Shown piece after piece: positions 48,383-61,225 of a DNA stretch of 64,000 bases. Numbering within the stretch: position 1 is the first letter of the stretch; every line of letters starts with the position of its first letter. The stretch spans positions 14,012,001-14,076,000 of the forward strand of contig NW_025963846.1 of the NCBI RefSeq assembly GCF_023055435.1. Direction: 5' to 3'. The notes beneath the pieces were generated by a model. That model had not been told where the DNA came from, made no database searches, and was given only the letters and a program-made list of their open reading frames with translations. This DNA comes from Haliotis rufescens (lineage: Eukaryota). Position numbers and translations under genes: made by a program.

Positions 48383-49059
48383 CTGGTAGCGCAAAGATTG
48401 CTTTGTGCTAGTGGACCCTGGTTGGCTCGGGGTATGCAGTGTCTGAGTGGGATATCCGTGTTAACCTGGGCCATGGTATCTCAGTGGGCTAGCACTATGA
48501 AACCGGCATTAGTCTGCCAGGGAACCAGACTGGTTGGATGGGCACAGTGTGAGGGGCCTTGTTGAGTGCCCAAACCATATTTCAACAAAATTAAAACAAG
48601 GACTGGTCGGTCAGTACACTGTGTCTGAGGTGGGTATGTAACCATGTAGGGACCCTGTCCGCCATTTAAGTCGAGTATATACAATCATGGGATGAGCTCA
48701 CGTGGACCCGTCAATTCCAGTAATCTGAAAGGTGCCCGTGAATCTACTCAAAAACACCCACGCACTCATCTATCATGGTGCTTCACCTGTCTCAACATTC
48801 CCAGCTCACTGTCCATGCATTTCAGAGTAAGCGAGTAAAGGTCGCACAGACACAATGCATACATGATTCTGACAGACCAGGGGCCACAACCAGGAATTAT
48901 GGGATAAGCTGCAAGGCTATTGGTGTGTTGTTTAACACGCATTCGGTACTATTCCAGCCATGTCTACGGCCTAAAATAAGGTGCCTCGACCTGACAAACC
49001 AGTGGTTTATATTATAAGCAATAGTCCACCACTGAGGTACCATGACACAACATAGACCA

Positions 49060-49328
49060 GACCCGTGAAGATTCTGGGGTAGAAAAGGTCTTTAGCAACC
49101 CATGCTTGCCGTAAAAGGTGACTATGCTTGTCGTAAAAGGCGACTAACGGGATCGGGTGGTCAGGCTCGTTGATTTGGTTGATGCATGTCATCGATCCCA
49201 CTTGCGTGGATAGATGCTCATGATATTAATCACTGGATTGTCTGGTCCAGACTCGATTATTTACAGACTGCCGTCATATAGCTTGAATATTGCTGAGTGC
49301 AGCGTAAAACAACAAACCAACCAACAAC
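49060..49328 (+). mobile_element. Family B retroposon copy with TSD
   Basis: TSD CAACATAGACCA flanks GACCCGTGAAGATTC...GTAAAACAACAAACCAACCAA. Confidence 0.9.
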
Positions 49329-50208
49329 ATAGACCAAATCTGCAAGCCTGACCACAGCCACCCAGAAGTCGCCTCTTACAACCAGATGACTGGAAACCTA
49401 CTCTAACCCGAAATCCCAACGGTGCCTAGGTCACTGGTACGTTCTTCAGACATATGCAGTCACTTATTTCATAAACTGTAAGCCCGCTGGGATCAATGGT
49501 CCAGTTGAGCTGAGAATTTGCCATCTTCAAGGAGTGAGTGAGTGAGTTTGGTTTTACGCCGCTTTTGGCAATATTCCAGCAATATCACAATATTCCAGAA
49601 ATGGGCTTCACACATTGTACCCATGTCGGGAATCGAACCCGGGTCTTCAGCGTAACAAGCGAACGCTTTAACCACTAGGCTACCCGACCGCCCCTTCCAT
49701 CTTCAAGGAGGATAATAAATTCCATTCTGTGGGTACAACATTCAACAGAGTAAGCACACAACACCACTGCAAGTACATTACCACAGGTTTGATGACTACA
49801 AATATATTATAACATACAAGTGTATTTTCCATAATCTTTATTTCCAAATCAAATCATGGGATTGCTTAATGGCTCCTCCTTTTTGGAATCTCAAGTGTCT
49901 CTACAACAAATATTTTGTGCATGTTTTTGATTCGGGAAGGCAACAAAATAAACCTTCCACCAATTATGTAATTGTTTTTCAAATCTACTCAAATACATGC
50001 AAAAGGTTTTCATGACCCTCCCCAGGATTTTATCAGCTATTACTTTACCCTCCCCGATTCTGCATACGTTTTTACATGACCCTCCTGACCTCACATCAGC
50101 TATTACATGACCCTCCCCTGTCAAACGTTTTGTGAACCTCCTTATTCTCTCCCATTCCCATTTCAATAACAAACCAATCCTTAAAGCTGGAAATGTTTAC
50201 ATCAATTC

Positions 50209-52418
50209 TCACCACATAAAGCGTTGAAGTTCATTAGAATCTGGCCAATGGAACGGTTTATACAAAAACATATAAAGTGCTGCTGCATTGATGAAAAGAA
50301 AATACAGTAACTCCAGTACTAAAATAACCTTAGAAGGGGACTGGTCATTGATATTCAATCTCCAAATATAAAACGGAATTACAAAATATCTGAACTCGAG
50401 GAGTTTTTGAGGAACAAGGGTCACAACAAGACACACCCAGAAACACATCCTCCAGATGATGGTCTTATGACTTAATGAGCTGCTAAAGCTGATCAAGGCA
50501 AAACAATACATCGGAACTAACAAAAACTTGACCAGTTCGTGTCGTCTGTAGATCTTCGACCAGACATAAAAAGGGTAGTGACGATTGTCAGCCAGAAGAT
50601 ATTCATGCACGTATGTAAAATTCGAGATCAGGTATGCTGCAGCTACTACAAAAATGCTGACCAAAAAATGATGATTGAAAAGGAATTTGAAAAAATATAT
50701 GATCTTTGATCTGGACATCAAATGCATAAAGCTAAAGACGAGACATGTACTTAGGAAATAAAACACTTGAGGAAAATTAAGACATGCTTGATGATGACTT
50801 CTATCGCCAACCACGATACCATTGTTGATGTAAACAAAGACAACAAATAGCAAAACAATGAACATATAAGGGAGAATAGTTTTTAGGATATTTTGCACAA
50901 AATTAAATAATTTCTTTCGGTCATGTATCAAGGTCTTGCTGAGGCATTTAAAGAGAGGCTTTAGTATGGTCAAAGAATATTTATCAATGCTGTCCTTTCC
51001 TCGGTACTGTTTGCAGTCATCGAGCCATTTAAACACATCTTTCTCACAGGCGATGCCGGCCATGAAGACTACCCAGATGATGTTGGTCTGGCGAAACATG
51101 ATAGCAATGGCGCCGCAGATGGAGGCGGAGACGTGGGCATGGCGGAGGCAGGCGAGGTACATGAGGAGGACCCAGAGGACGGAGCCTGGGTCGGTGTAGT
51201 AGAGGAAGGTGAAGAAGTAGAGAACGGGGTACAGTCCCAGACACAGTCCCTGGAGGGTCTGGGATAGGGAGTCCGTCCTCTGATTCTGAAATGAAAAATA
51301 ATAAAGAACGAGGTAGGCCAAGGTCCTTTATGGGCCACCAGCAATGGTAATTTTCATAAGGTATGAAAAATTACCAGACATGTTAAATTTGCTGAACGCT
51401 TGCATTCTTTCTTACACTTTTACTTCCAACATGATCAAATACCAAGATGAATGTGTTACTACTATATCCCAAGAAAATCAGCTTGGGTAAAAGACTTGCT
51501 CATGTCTGTGTGTGCGTGTTGTGTGTCTGTGCTTGTAATAGTCCGGACTAATGCCAATTTCATAGTGCTAGCTGAGATACAATGCCGCAGGTTAACATTA
51601 GCATTAAAGCCTCTTTCTCTTTGTTGGTCCTGTTGACCATAATATATACACGCCATAACATTAATTAGAACCTTTTTAACATGAATTGGGAAATTTTAAT
51701 TTCCATTTGCAACCTGTTGCTGCAGACGTGGGGCTTAATATCGTCCTCTAAGCAGGTCTGTATAAATCACTGTCCTGAATCAAGGCTAGTGCTACAGCAC
51801 ACAATTACAACCTGCATCAAGGACAGGTAAGGAGGACCTGAATCAAGGCTAGAACTACAGCACACTATTACAACCTGCATCAAGGCCTGGTAAGGGGGAC
51901 CTGAATCAAGGCTAGTGCTACAGCACACTATTACAACCTGCATCAAGGCCTGGTAAGGAGGACCTGAATCAAGGCTAGAACTACAGCACACTATTACAAC
52001 CTACATCAAGGACAAGTAAGGAGGACCTGTATCAAGGCTAGAACTACAGCACACTATTACAACCTGCATCAAGGCCTGGTAAGGGGGACCTGAATCAAGG
52101 CTAGTGCTACAGCACACTATTACAACCTGCATCAAGGACAAGTAAGGAGGACCTGTATCAAGGCTAGAACTACAGCACACTATTACAACCTGCATCAAGG
52201 CCTGGTAAGGGGGACCTGAATCAAGGCTAGTGCTACAGCACCCTATTACAACCTGCATCAAGGACAGGTAAGGAGGACCTGAATCAAGGCTAGAACTACA
52301 GCACACTATTACAACCTGCATCAAGGACAAGTAAGGAGGATCCAATACAAGGGATTTTTCCTCTCAAGCTCAAGGGACTGGGGACCTATCACGCTGATGG
52401 CAGTAGTAGTAGAAGTAC

Positions 52419-52462
<44 letters not shown>

Positions 52463-54578
52463 ATGGAGGTAGTAGTAGTAGTAATGGAGGTAGTAGTAGT
52501 AGTGGTGGTAGTAGTTTTTAGTTTAAATAAATAATCTAAACCAGACAATCCAGTGATTGATATTTTGAGGAACAAACCACACCATCGGGTACACAATCAA
52601 CCATGTCAACAAGTCTGACCACCAGATCCTAATAGTTGCCTCTTACAAGCAGCATAGGTTGCTGGGGACCTATTCAAACCAGGAATCTCAATGGGGCAGT
52701 GGTAGTTGTAGCAGCAGTAGCACAGTATCCAGGTGATACTTACCTTCTTTTTCCCATTGGGGATGGCAGCAGCCAGCAGATACAACACACACACATTAGC
52801 CAGCATGAATAGCAGGTTGACCCCACGCAGAACGAGGGTGGAGCAGACACTAGCCGGGGGCACCTGCAGCAGCCGTGCCACGGGGACCAGCACCCCTGCA
52901 GACATCAGGTACAGTCCTGGCAGGGTGGTGATCATTGGGTCCCACTGGAACATACACAACCACTGAAACATAGGCAACTACTGAAACATACACAACCAAT
53001 GAAAACATTCTTCTTTCTGTTATTGACCCATATGTTTGTTTGTTTACTCAGCAATATGCCAGCCATATGACGGTGACCTGTAAATTTTGTTATCTGTTTG
53101 TTGTTTAATGCTGCACTCAGCAATATTCCAGCTATTTGACGGCAGTTTGTAAATACATGTAATCGATTCTGGACCAGCCAATCCAGTGACTGATATCATG
53201 AGCATCGATCTATGCAATTGGGATACGATGACATGGATCAACCAAGTCAGCGAGCCTGACCACCCGATCCCGTTAGTCACCTCTTACAACAAGCATAGAC
53301 CTATTCTAACATGGGACTGGCCTGTAAATAATTGAATCTGGATCAGACAATCAAGTGATTGATATTGTGAACAGCGTTCCATGCATCACGGTATGAGGAC
53401 AAACAATCAACCATGTCACCGAGCCTGACCACATGATCCATTTAGTCACCTCTTATAACCTGCTTAGGTTGCTGGGGATTTATTCTGACTTGTAATCGCC
53501 ACAGGATTTCTGATTATTAATCTTGCAATCAAATACATGAAAACTGTCATATTTATTATTTATTGGGAAATGAAGAGCTTTGTAACAACTTCAGAGGATA
53601 CATATAGTAAGTGAGTCCGCAATATTTCAGCTATATCATCATGTCTGGAATTAATCAAATTTGGGTAAGACAAACAAGTGGTTGATATCATGAGCATCAT
53701 TCTTTGCAGTCAGGGGTTCAAGTTCTAGGGGTAAACAAACTGAAGCATTGAGCAGGGTGCATTTGGGACCAAAATAACACTTGCACTTTCAATATGTTAA
53801 TGCATTTTGAATGATTCATATCAGATTGTGGAGATGTCAATTTCTATATATCAAAGTGGGAATGTTTAGTGAGGTGACAGTTTGGTGGTTGGTTAGTTGT
53901 TTAACGCGCACTCAGCAATAATCCAGCTATAGGACGGCGGTCTGTAAACAATCAAGTCTGGACCAGACAATCCAGTGATTGATATCATGAGCATCGATCC
54001 ACGCAATTGGAAGCCTGACCACCCGTTCCCGTTAGTTGCCTCCAGTGAGGTGACAGAATGAAACATGAACGAACATAGATATTCAAATATAAAATATAAC
54101 GAAAATGTGTTGAGATGATTGAATGTCGAATATGTGTAAATGTTATTGTCGGTGAGAGTAAGCTAGTGAGAATGTTGAAATAAATGTGTATAAATCTGAG
54201 ATTGTTGTGTATTCTTGTGGAAGTGTTACACGATGAGAAGTAAACTACTGTCACAAAAGCGTTTCTGTGTCTTGTATCATGATACACATATCATATGTGG
54301 TGCCGTCCCCTGCGACAGTCTCTGGTTACAGGAAATTTTGGAGCCGTTTTGACGTGTTGATAGGTGCCTTTACAAGTCCTATTGTATCTCAGTCGATGTT
54401 GAATCGATAAGGTAAGTTCAGGTCGCACCTCTGATAGATTCCCATGACAATATTGTTGTGCTTGTGGAATATGAAAAATCTCGTCCATATAAGGTTTTCC
54501 TTGTACTTCATTGATGACTTTCAAGACCGTTATTCCGCAGGCTGCATAGAGCAGCAACCCAACTGTAAATGCAATCAT
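50209..54578 (-). CDS. ALG10: Dol-P-Glc:Glc2Man9GlcNAc2-PP-Dol alpha-1,2-glucosyltransferase, 3 exons, ~475 aa
   Basis: Exons 54578-54429, 52944-52744, 51285-50209 (1428 nt). Motifs: PYMDEIFHIPQAQQYC, WDPMITTLPGLY, FFTFLYYTD, FRQTNIIWV, NNGIVVGDRSHH, LADNRHYPFYVW, VPQKLLEFRYF, QRFMW C-terminus. Confidence 0.96.
51773..52340. repeat. 63-bp minisatellite (~9 copies) in ALG10 intron 2
   Basis: GGACCTGAATCAAGGCTAG(TG/AA)CTACAGCACACTATTACAACCTGCATCAAGG..; two variants mostly alternate. Confidence 0.95.
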
Positions 54579-55132
54579 CCTCAAGCCGCTTCCACGTCTT
54601 GAGGGCACGTACGATTAGAGTAATCCGCCCCTAGTTTCCCACAGGCCCCGCTAGGAAGACTGTACTGTAGACAGGCACCCAGTCCAAGCTACACCGCTGT
54701 GAGCTCCGGTATTAGGAGTTGCGCCATCAAACTGTCACGACTTTTTTTTCTTACGGAACTTACTGTCTCCTTTATAATTTATTAGAGGGTCCTGGCCATA
54801 ACTACAATAATATCTTTACGTCCAAGGATATATGATTACATGTAAAACATATCAGAAGCACCGGATGTGGATCTCTGCATATGTTGCGTGTGGATTTAAT
54901 TACTTACCGTATTGTCACTTTTTATTTTTAAAAAACGTTTACACAAAGTGATTTATTTAGGGTTTAACCATTACATCTTCCAGTCGTTCTGTGTCAAAAC
55001 ACATATGTATTCTTGAATTATTCTCTTTAGTGAACAGTATACAGCCATATCCGACTTGCATCTACACGAGCCTTATTTTAAATGGTTGGTTATTGATAGG
55101 ACACACATTTGGTTTGCCGGATGCGGAGTCGG

Positions 55133-56045
55133 TTAAATGGTATTCCGCATGTCGATACCTGTTGTATTCCGCATGTCGATACCTTTTAAGTGGTATTCCG
55201 AATGTAGATACCTGTTAAGTGGTATTCCGCATGTCGATACCTGTTAAGTGGTATTCCGCATGTCGATACCTGTTAAGTGGTACTCCGCATGTCGATACCT
55301 GTTAAGTGGTATTCCGAATGTCGATACCTGTTAGAGGTATTCCGCATGTCGATACCTGTTAAGTGGTACTCCGAATGCCGATACCTGTTAAGTGGTATTC
55401 CGCATGTCGATACCTGTTAAGTGGTATTCCACATGTCGATACCTGTTAAGTGGTATTCCGAATGTCGATACCTGTTAAGTGGTATTCCGCATGTCGATAC
55501 CTGTTTAGTGGTATTCCGAATGTCGATACCTGTTAAGGGGTATTCCGAATGTCGATACCTGTTAAGTGGTATTCCGAATGTCGATACCTGTTAGAGGTAT
55601 CCCGCATGTCGATACCTGTTAAGTGGTACTCCGAATGTCGATACCTGTTAAGTGGTATTCCGCATGTCGATACCTGTTAAGTGGTATTCCGCATGTCGAT
55701 ACCTGTTAAGTGGTATTCCGAATGTCGATACCTGTTAAGGGGTATTCCGCATGTCGATACCTGTTAAGTGGTATTCCGAATGTCGATACCTGTTAAGTGG
55801 TATTCCGAATGTCGATACCTGTTAGAGGTTTTCCGCATGTCGATACCTGTTAAGTGGTACTCCGAATGTCGATACCTGTTAAGTGGTATTCCGCATGTCG
55901 ATACCTGTTAAGTGGTATTCCGCATGTCGATACCTGTTAAGTGGTATTCCGAATGTCGATACCTGTTAAGGGGTATTCCGCATGTCGATACCTGTTAAGT
56001 GGTATTCCGAATGTCGATACCTGTTAAGTGGTATTCCGAATGTCG
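55133..56045. repeat. 29-bp minisatellite GTTAAGTGGTATTCCG(C/A)ATGTCGATACCT (~31 copies) between ALG10 and SLC35A2
   Basis: Directly visible; each unit contains a GGTATT/GATACC inverted pair. Confidence 0.95.
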
Positions 56046-57807
56046 TAGTGCAGTACGCTGGATGCCATCAAATGTTGCCAATATGTCAATGTTGAAATGT
56101 ATTTTTATCTTTTATTTTCTTGCAAAGAGTGACAAATCAATGACATATTTAGCCCTAATTGAGCTTATATGCATGCATGGTCATGCATTCTGTGTGAAAA
56201 TCCAAGTCGAATTTACTTGTACCAGCATTGTACACTGATCGATATGACTCAAGCGTTATGTAATTGGATGCCAAGACAAATTAAGCGGTTGCCTAGTGAA
56301 ACAGGGATGAGGGGCGTACGCGACCCCAAAACATGTTATACGCTGACCTTTCTTGGCCAAACAAAAAAAAGCAGACAGAGGGATGTGGGGGAGGAGGCTT
56401 TGCGAGACCCGCCCTTAGATTTTATTGATACAATATACAGGAATAAAATAACAATGGAAGTATTTCAGACAAATACGGGAGAAGGTTTATAACCAGGTAC
56501 AATTGTAATGTACATAATTATGTTAACATTTGTTTATGACAATTTCTAGTTTATTTGTTGGTTACTTTAAACAAAACAAAAATTTACTTCCACCTACATT
56601 GGGTATTCGTGTTTCTTTTTCATCATTAAATAAGTAGAGAAACGGGTTCATGTTGAATTTGCCACAGAAACAAATACCAGTAAAGGATTCACTATAAATA
56701 TGTGTGTTTTTTGCTTAACGCCGCACTCAGCAATATTCCAGCTGTATGACGGCGACCTGCAAATAATCGAGTCCAGACCAGACAATCCAGTGATTGACAT
56801 CATGAGCATCGATCTACACTATTGGGATACGGTGACATGCATCAACCAAGTCAGCGACCCTGACCACCCGATCCTGTTAGTCACCTTTTACGACAAGCAA
56901 AGTCGCCTTTTACGATAAGCATTGGTTGCTGGGGACTTATTCTCTACCCGTTTCCTCACGGGTCATATTAAGAAGGTAGTTTCAAAAACTTAATTTTTGT
57001 TGTTGTCGAATGTTGAGTAAATATGTAAGTGTCTAATAGCAAGTAGTTTGAGGAGTATGACCAGACAGAAAACAATAAATTTCTCAAGCATACAACAAGG
57101 AGTGTATATCCTGTTTGTGTTAAGTTTACATGCAGACGCTCCATCGTTTACTTATTTTACTATACAAGCGGTGGTTGATATGTTCTGAGACTCACATAGA
57201 AAGACTTGACAAAAAACTTTTAAATTATTCATTTTTAAACATAGTCCCCTTCCAAACTGATACACGTCAACTGACAACGGCGTTGCATTGATTTTATCCC
57301 AGTTTCGTGGAAGTCCTTCTCTTGATGACCAAAACGTTCTCCCAGCTGCTATGACGTCATCGTTCGAGTCGAAATGGGTTCCGGTTAGAGCTTTCTTTTG
57401 TTTGGGAACAGATGGATGCCTGACGGAGCCAGATCAGGAGAATCATCTAGGTTCTGAAGCTGTTCCAAGCCACACTCTGGCTTGTAGACATCTCTTAGTC
57501 TGAATTTCATCCCCTAATTGCCTAAAAAGCGCAGACTAATATGCCCCGTTGTCAGGCGTTTTGGAAGATATTCTACAATGATATACCACAACGATATTCT
57601 ACAATGATATTCTACAATCACACCCTCGGCAATCCAGAAGCATTCTAGCTGACGTGACAGTCTTTGCTTTCTTTGGTGGTGTTGATGTCATGCGAATGCA
57701 TCCTCTGTTTTCATTGTTTTTTGTACCCAAGTTTCTAACATAGATCCACATAGATCCTTGTATTAATTAAAGAACATTTCTGGATCTGTAAATACAAGAT
57801 ATTGTTC

Positions 57808-57990
57808 TGGATCACAACTTCTTTATTCTGTTATGATGCGACGTTCCGGTATAGATCCTTACACCGCTGTCAAGCACGAGTGAACGTCATAAGGATCTAT
57901 ACCGAAACATCCCATCATAATATAACAAAGAAGTTGTCGTCCATAATAAGATATCTTGTCTTTACTGTTACTTACCAACTTCTAAAAATG
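57808..57990. mobile_element. Inverted pair of Penelope-type pseudo-LTR/hammerhead repeats (degenerate cores)
   Basis: Minus copy 57875-57808 (GTGC-TTGACAG-CGGTGT..ATACC-GGAA-CGTC-GCAT..AATAAAGAAGTTG) lies back-to-back with a plus copy from ~57889 (..AAGGATCTATACCGAAACATC..AAGAAGTTGTCGTCCA..CAACTTCTAAAAATGCC). Confidence 0.6.
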
Positions 57991-59052
57991 CCAATCCGCT
58001 TTAACCAGAGCTAGGATACCACGAGACATGCATTTTGTGCGTTTTTGATCAGATGTCAGAATTAAGCTTTGGAACATGAGCTGATATTTTCTTCGTTGCC
58101 ATTCTAGCTCTGGATAATTTCTGGTATTTCAGACATGACCGGCCTTCCAGGGTTGGGATCGTCTTCAATTTAAGGCCCCCACTGTCAGCTACCCCTCGTC
58201 TCCCTTTTATTTTTAAGCGCTTACGGCGAATATGGTACGTTACTAAAGATATGTTGTTGTTTTTCAATGTGATGATTCACTGATCCTTATATCAACAGCT
58301 AGTGGTCTATTTTGACCTGATTTATGGGCTGTCATGACCAAATCAGTTAGGCCGTTTTGGCACTGCTCCATTTCGTGACTTGCATCTGAATTTAGCACTT
58401 TATCCCATGCCAGTTTGCTTTACAAAGACTGGTAAAATATAAACTTGTTCTGCAAGTACTTGATCACTGAACGTCCCTCGAGTTTGTTGATTTGCCAAAG
58501 GTCACAGACCCTATAACTTTACTGACTTTGTCACAGCGGTAAAATTTGCTCAGTTGACTCAAGTTTTATGGATATAGCTCCATGACATCATGTTATGTCC
58601 ACACAAAACATATAACTAATATTACGCAATTCCGTCTATGTGAAGTTCAGAAGTAACTGTTATCGTAATAATCACATTAACAGTTAACGGGCGGTAGCTT
58701 GAGGCGGTTTGCGCGGCGTGCTTAACGCAAAACCAGTTTTGTTGAACCCAAACAAAACATTACTGGTGATAATGTTTAGAATGCGCGATCACCTTCTGTG
58801 CCTAGCTAACCATACGTCGAGCGATTAGGAGCCCAGTCTTGCTGTTCTTCGATATCGGTTACTCCCCCTTTTTCTTGTGTTGGAATGTCAGGCTTGCAGT
58901 TGCACACGTTCTTGTGATTAGGCGACTGTATGATCGAGGGTGCTCCATAGCTGACATAAATCGATGTTCCTTGTGGCTTCAGTCGAATAAAGTTGGCTAT
59001 TTATTCGACACTTTTAAAATTCAGATTGAGGTGTGAACGAAATCTGGCATCG

Positions 59053-61225
59053 ATGTCTGCCACATCTGCACCTGTTAGCGAGAATACGCGTGATCTCGAG
59101 GAAGGGAAAATGGCGAAGACGGGTAAGAAAAGTTGCAAAAATTTAGCCTATTACAACAACCTACGGACTGCAACATTATTTCATAACATGACAAGTGTTT
59201 CAAAGTTAAGCTACGGTCATGTTGTAATTTTGTGTAAAAATGGGCAGTACGTTCATTGCTTTCCTTGTTGTTTTTCAAGTGACTAGTGTTTCGCCGGTCA
59301 ACAGGATAGGCCTAGGCTATTGATTTTCGAAATGCCACATTGCAATCGAGATTTTCTGCTCTATTTGACACGTATGCGGGAGATAACATGGACATTGTTT
59401 CCTTCGTTGCATACATGTATAAAACGATTTGCCAGTATGCAAAGGTTGTCGTCAGGTCATTCTGTGTTCTTTTTCTTCAAACGTAGACATATTAGATCAT
59501 ATTACGGATAAAACTGGTTAAGATGTAAAACTTTAAAGAGCCAACCAAGAACGTCAAAAGGATCTATGAAAACAATCAATACTAACTTATGTAGTCATAT
59601 CGTTATGTTAGATATGCAGAGATAGACAATACAATATTTGTGGTATTGTTGGTAATGAAATATTGTTGTTTTCTTCTATTTTAGTCAAACATTAAACGCT
59701 CTGTTGCCATGACTACTCGTTTGTAGTCATGTAAAGTTTATTGTAACATTTATCTGCATTTCTAATCCAAAGTCTTATTTGTTGAAATAGATGGCTGTAG
59801 TAATGAATTGTTACTGTTATTATTAGTCTGGACTGTTCATGGCATGATTAACGTTTGGCATACAAGCAAAAACATCTGAACATGCAGATATTGGAAGACA
59901 AGCTAAAACACCTCAATGTTCTCACATAATAAAAACACATTAACATTAGCAAAATAACAATCATTTCTTGCAATATATTGAAATGCCGCTGAAAACTTAA
60001 AACAAAAAGCAATCATGATTTAGGGATAGTTTAATTCATCAATGTTTATTAGTTCATTTATTATCATACAGTTACTTTTAAAGTATATTTTAAATCAGAG
60101 CTTTTTCTTTCATCATTTACACATGGCACGACGTGACGTACCTTAAGACAAAAAAAACAGAAAATTGCAATACACTTCAGGGTTGCATGCCACTTGCTTC
60201 AAAACAAGAAAATAAATTGGCATTGTTTTATCCATTACAGTGGAACGAATCAGTACAATGGCTGATGACGTGTCAATCGATTCATATCTGTATATATGCT
60301 GTATGTTCATTGCTTTGAGTTGGAGACAAGTGATGATTGTTTCTACCATGTCTACAGTCAACAAGCTTTTTACTTTTGAAATGCTACATTACTTTTGGAA
60401 TTTTCTGCTCCAGATGACTAATAAGCAGAAGATGACACAAATAGTCTTTCTTTTGTTGCATACATGTATGAAAAAGTTTATTTTTGCCTTTGTGCAAGGC
60501 TTGTCCTTCTGTTTCCTATTTCCTAAACAAAGATCTATATTGCTTTATAAGAGTTTAAGACGCTAAACATTGCACATGATATACATATAAAATTCTTATA
60601 TTTGTTTGTTTGTTGTTTAATGCCGCACTCAGCAATATTCCAGCTATATGACAGCGGTCTGCAAATATTCAAGACTGGAGCAGACAATCCAGTGATTGAT
60701 ATCATGAGCATCGATCCACTCAATTGGGATACGATGACATGCATCAACCAAGTCAGCATGCCTGACCACCTGATCCTGTTAGTCGCCTCTTACGACAAGC
60801 ATGGGGTTGTTGAAGACCTGTTCTACTTATGACTCGGACCTATGTTAATATATCCAATGTAACAAATCTATAATTGGTGATTTCCAGGAAACTCCCAGGA
60901 AGTGTTGAAGTACTTCAGTTTAGTGTGCCTGACCCTGCAGAATGCTCTACTCATCCTTGTCATGCGCTACGTGCGTACACGTACAGGAGACATGTTCATG
61001 GCCACCACTGCTGTCATCCTTTCTGAGGTACTCAAGTTCTCATCCTGTTTGCTGCTCATCCTCTTCCAAGAAGGCAGCTTGAAACGCTTCCTGCAACGTC
61101 TCCACGAAGACATCTTCCAGCAGCCGCTTGACTGCCTCAAAGTGTCTGTGCCTTCATTCATATATACACTGCAGAATAATTTGCTTTATGTGGCAGTGTC
61201 AAATTTGGATGCTGCAACTTTTCAG
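59053..61225 (+). CDS. SLC35A2: Nucleotide-sugar transporter of the SLC35A family (UDP-galactose transporter-like), first two coding exons; gene continues beyond the window
   Basis: Exon 59053-59122 (MSATSAP..MAKT G|gtaaga) and exon 60888-61225 (LKYFSLVCLTLQNALLILVMRYVRTR..ATTAVILSEVLK..LKVSVPSFIYTLQNNLLYVAVSNLDAATFQ|gtaaat). Assignment to A2 rather than A3 is by motif resemblance only. Confidence 0.88.

Noticed and set aside
51767-52596. CCSSSLDSGPPY repeat ORFs and a poly-Thr ORF
   Set aside because: They derive from the 63-bp minisatellite and (AGT)n tract in ALG10 intron 2.
54579-54608. GTG start for ALG10 given by the ORF track
   Set aside because: This is a eukaryotic gene, and the in-frame ATG at 54578 yields a normal-length protein.
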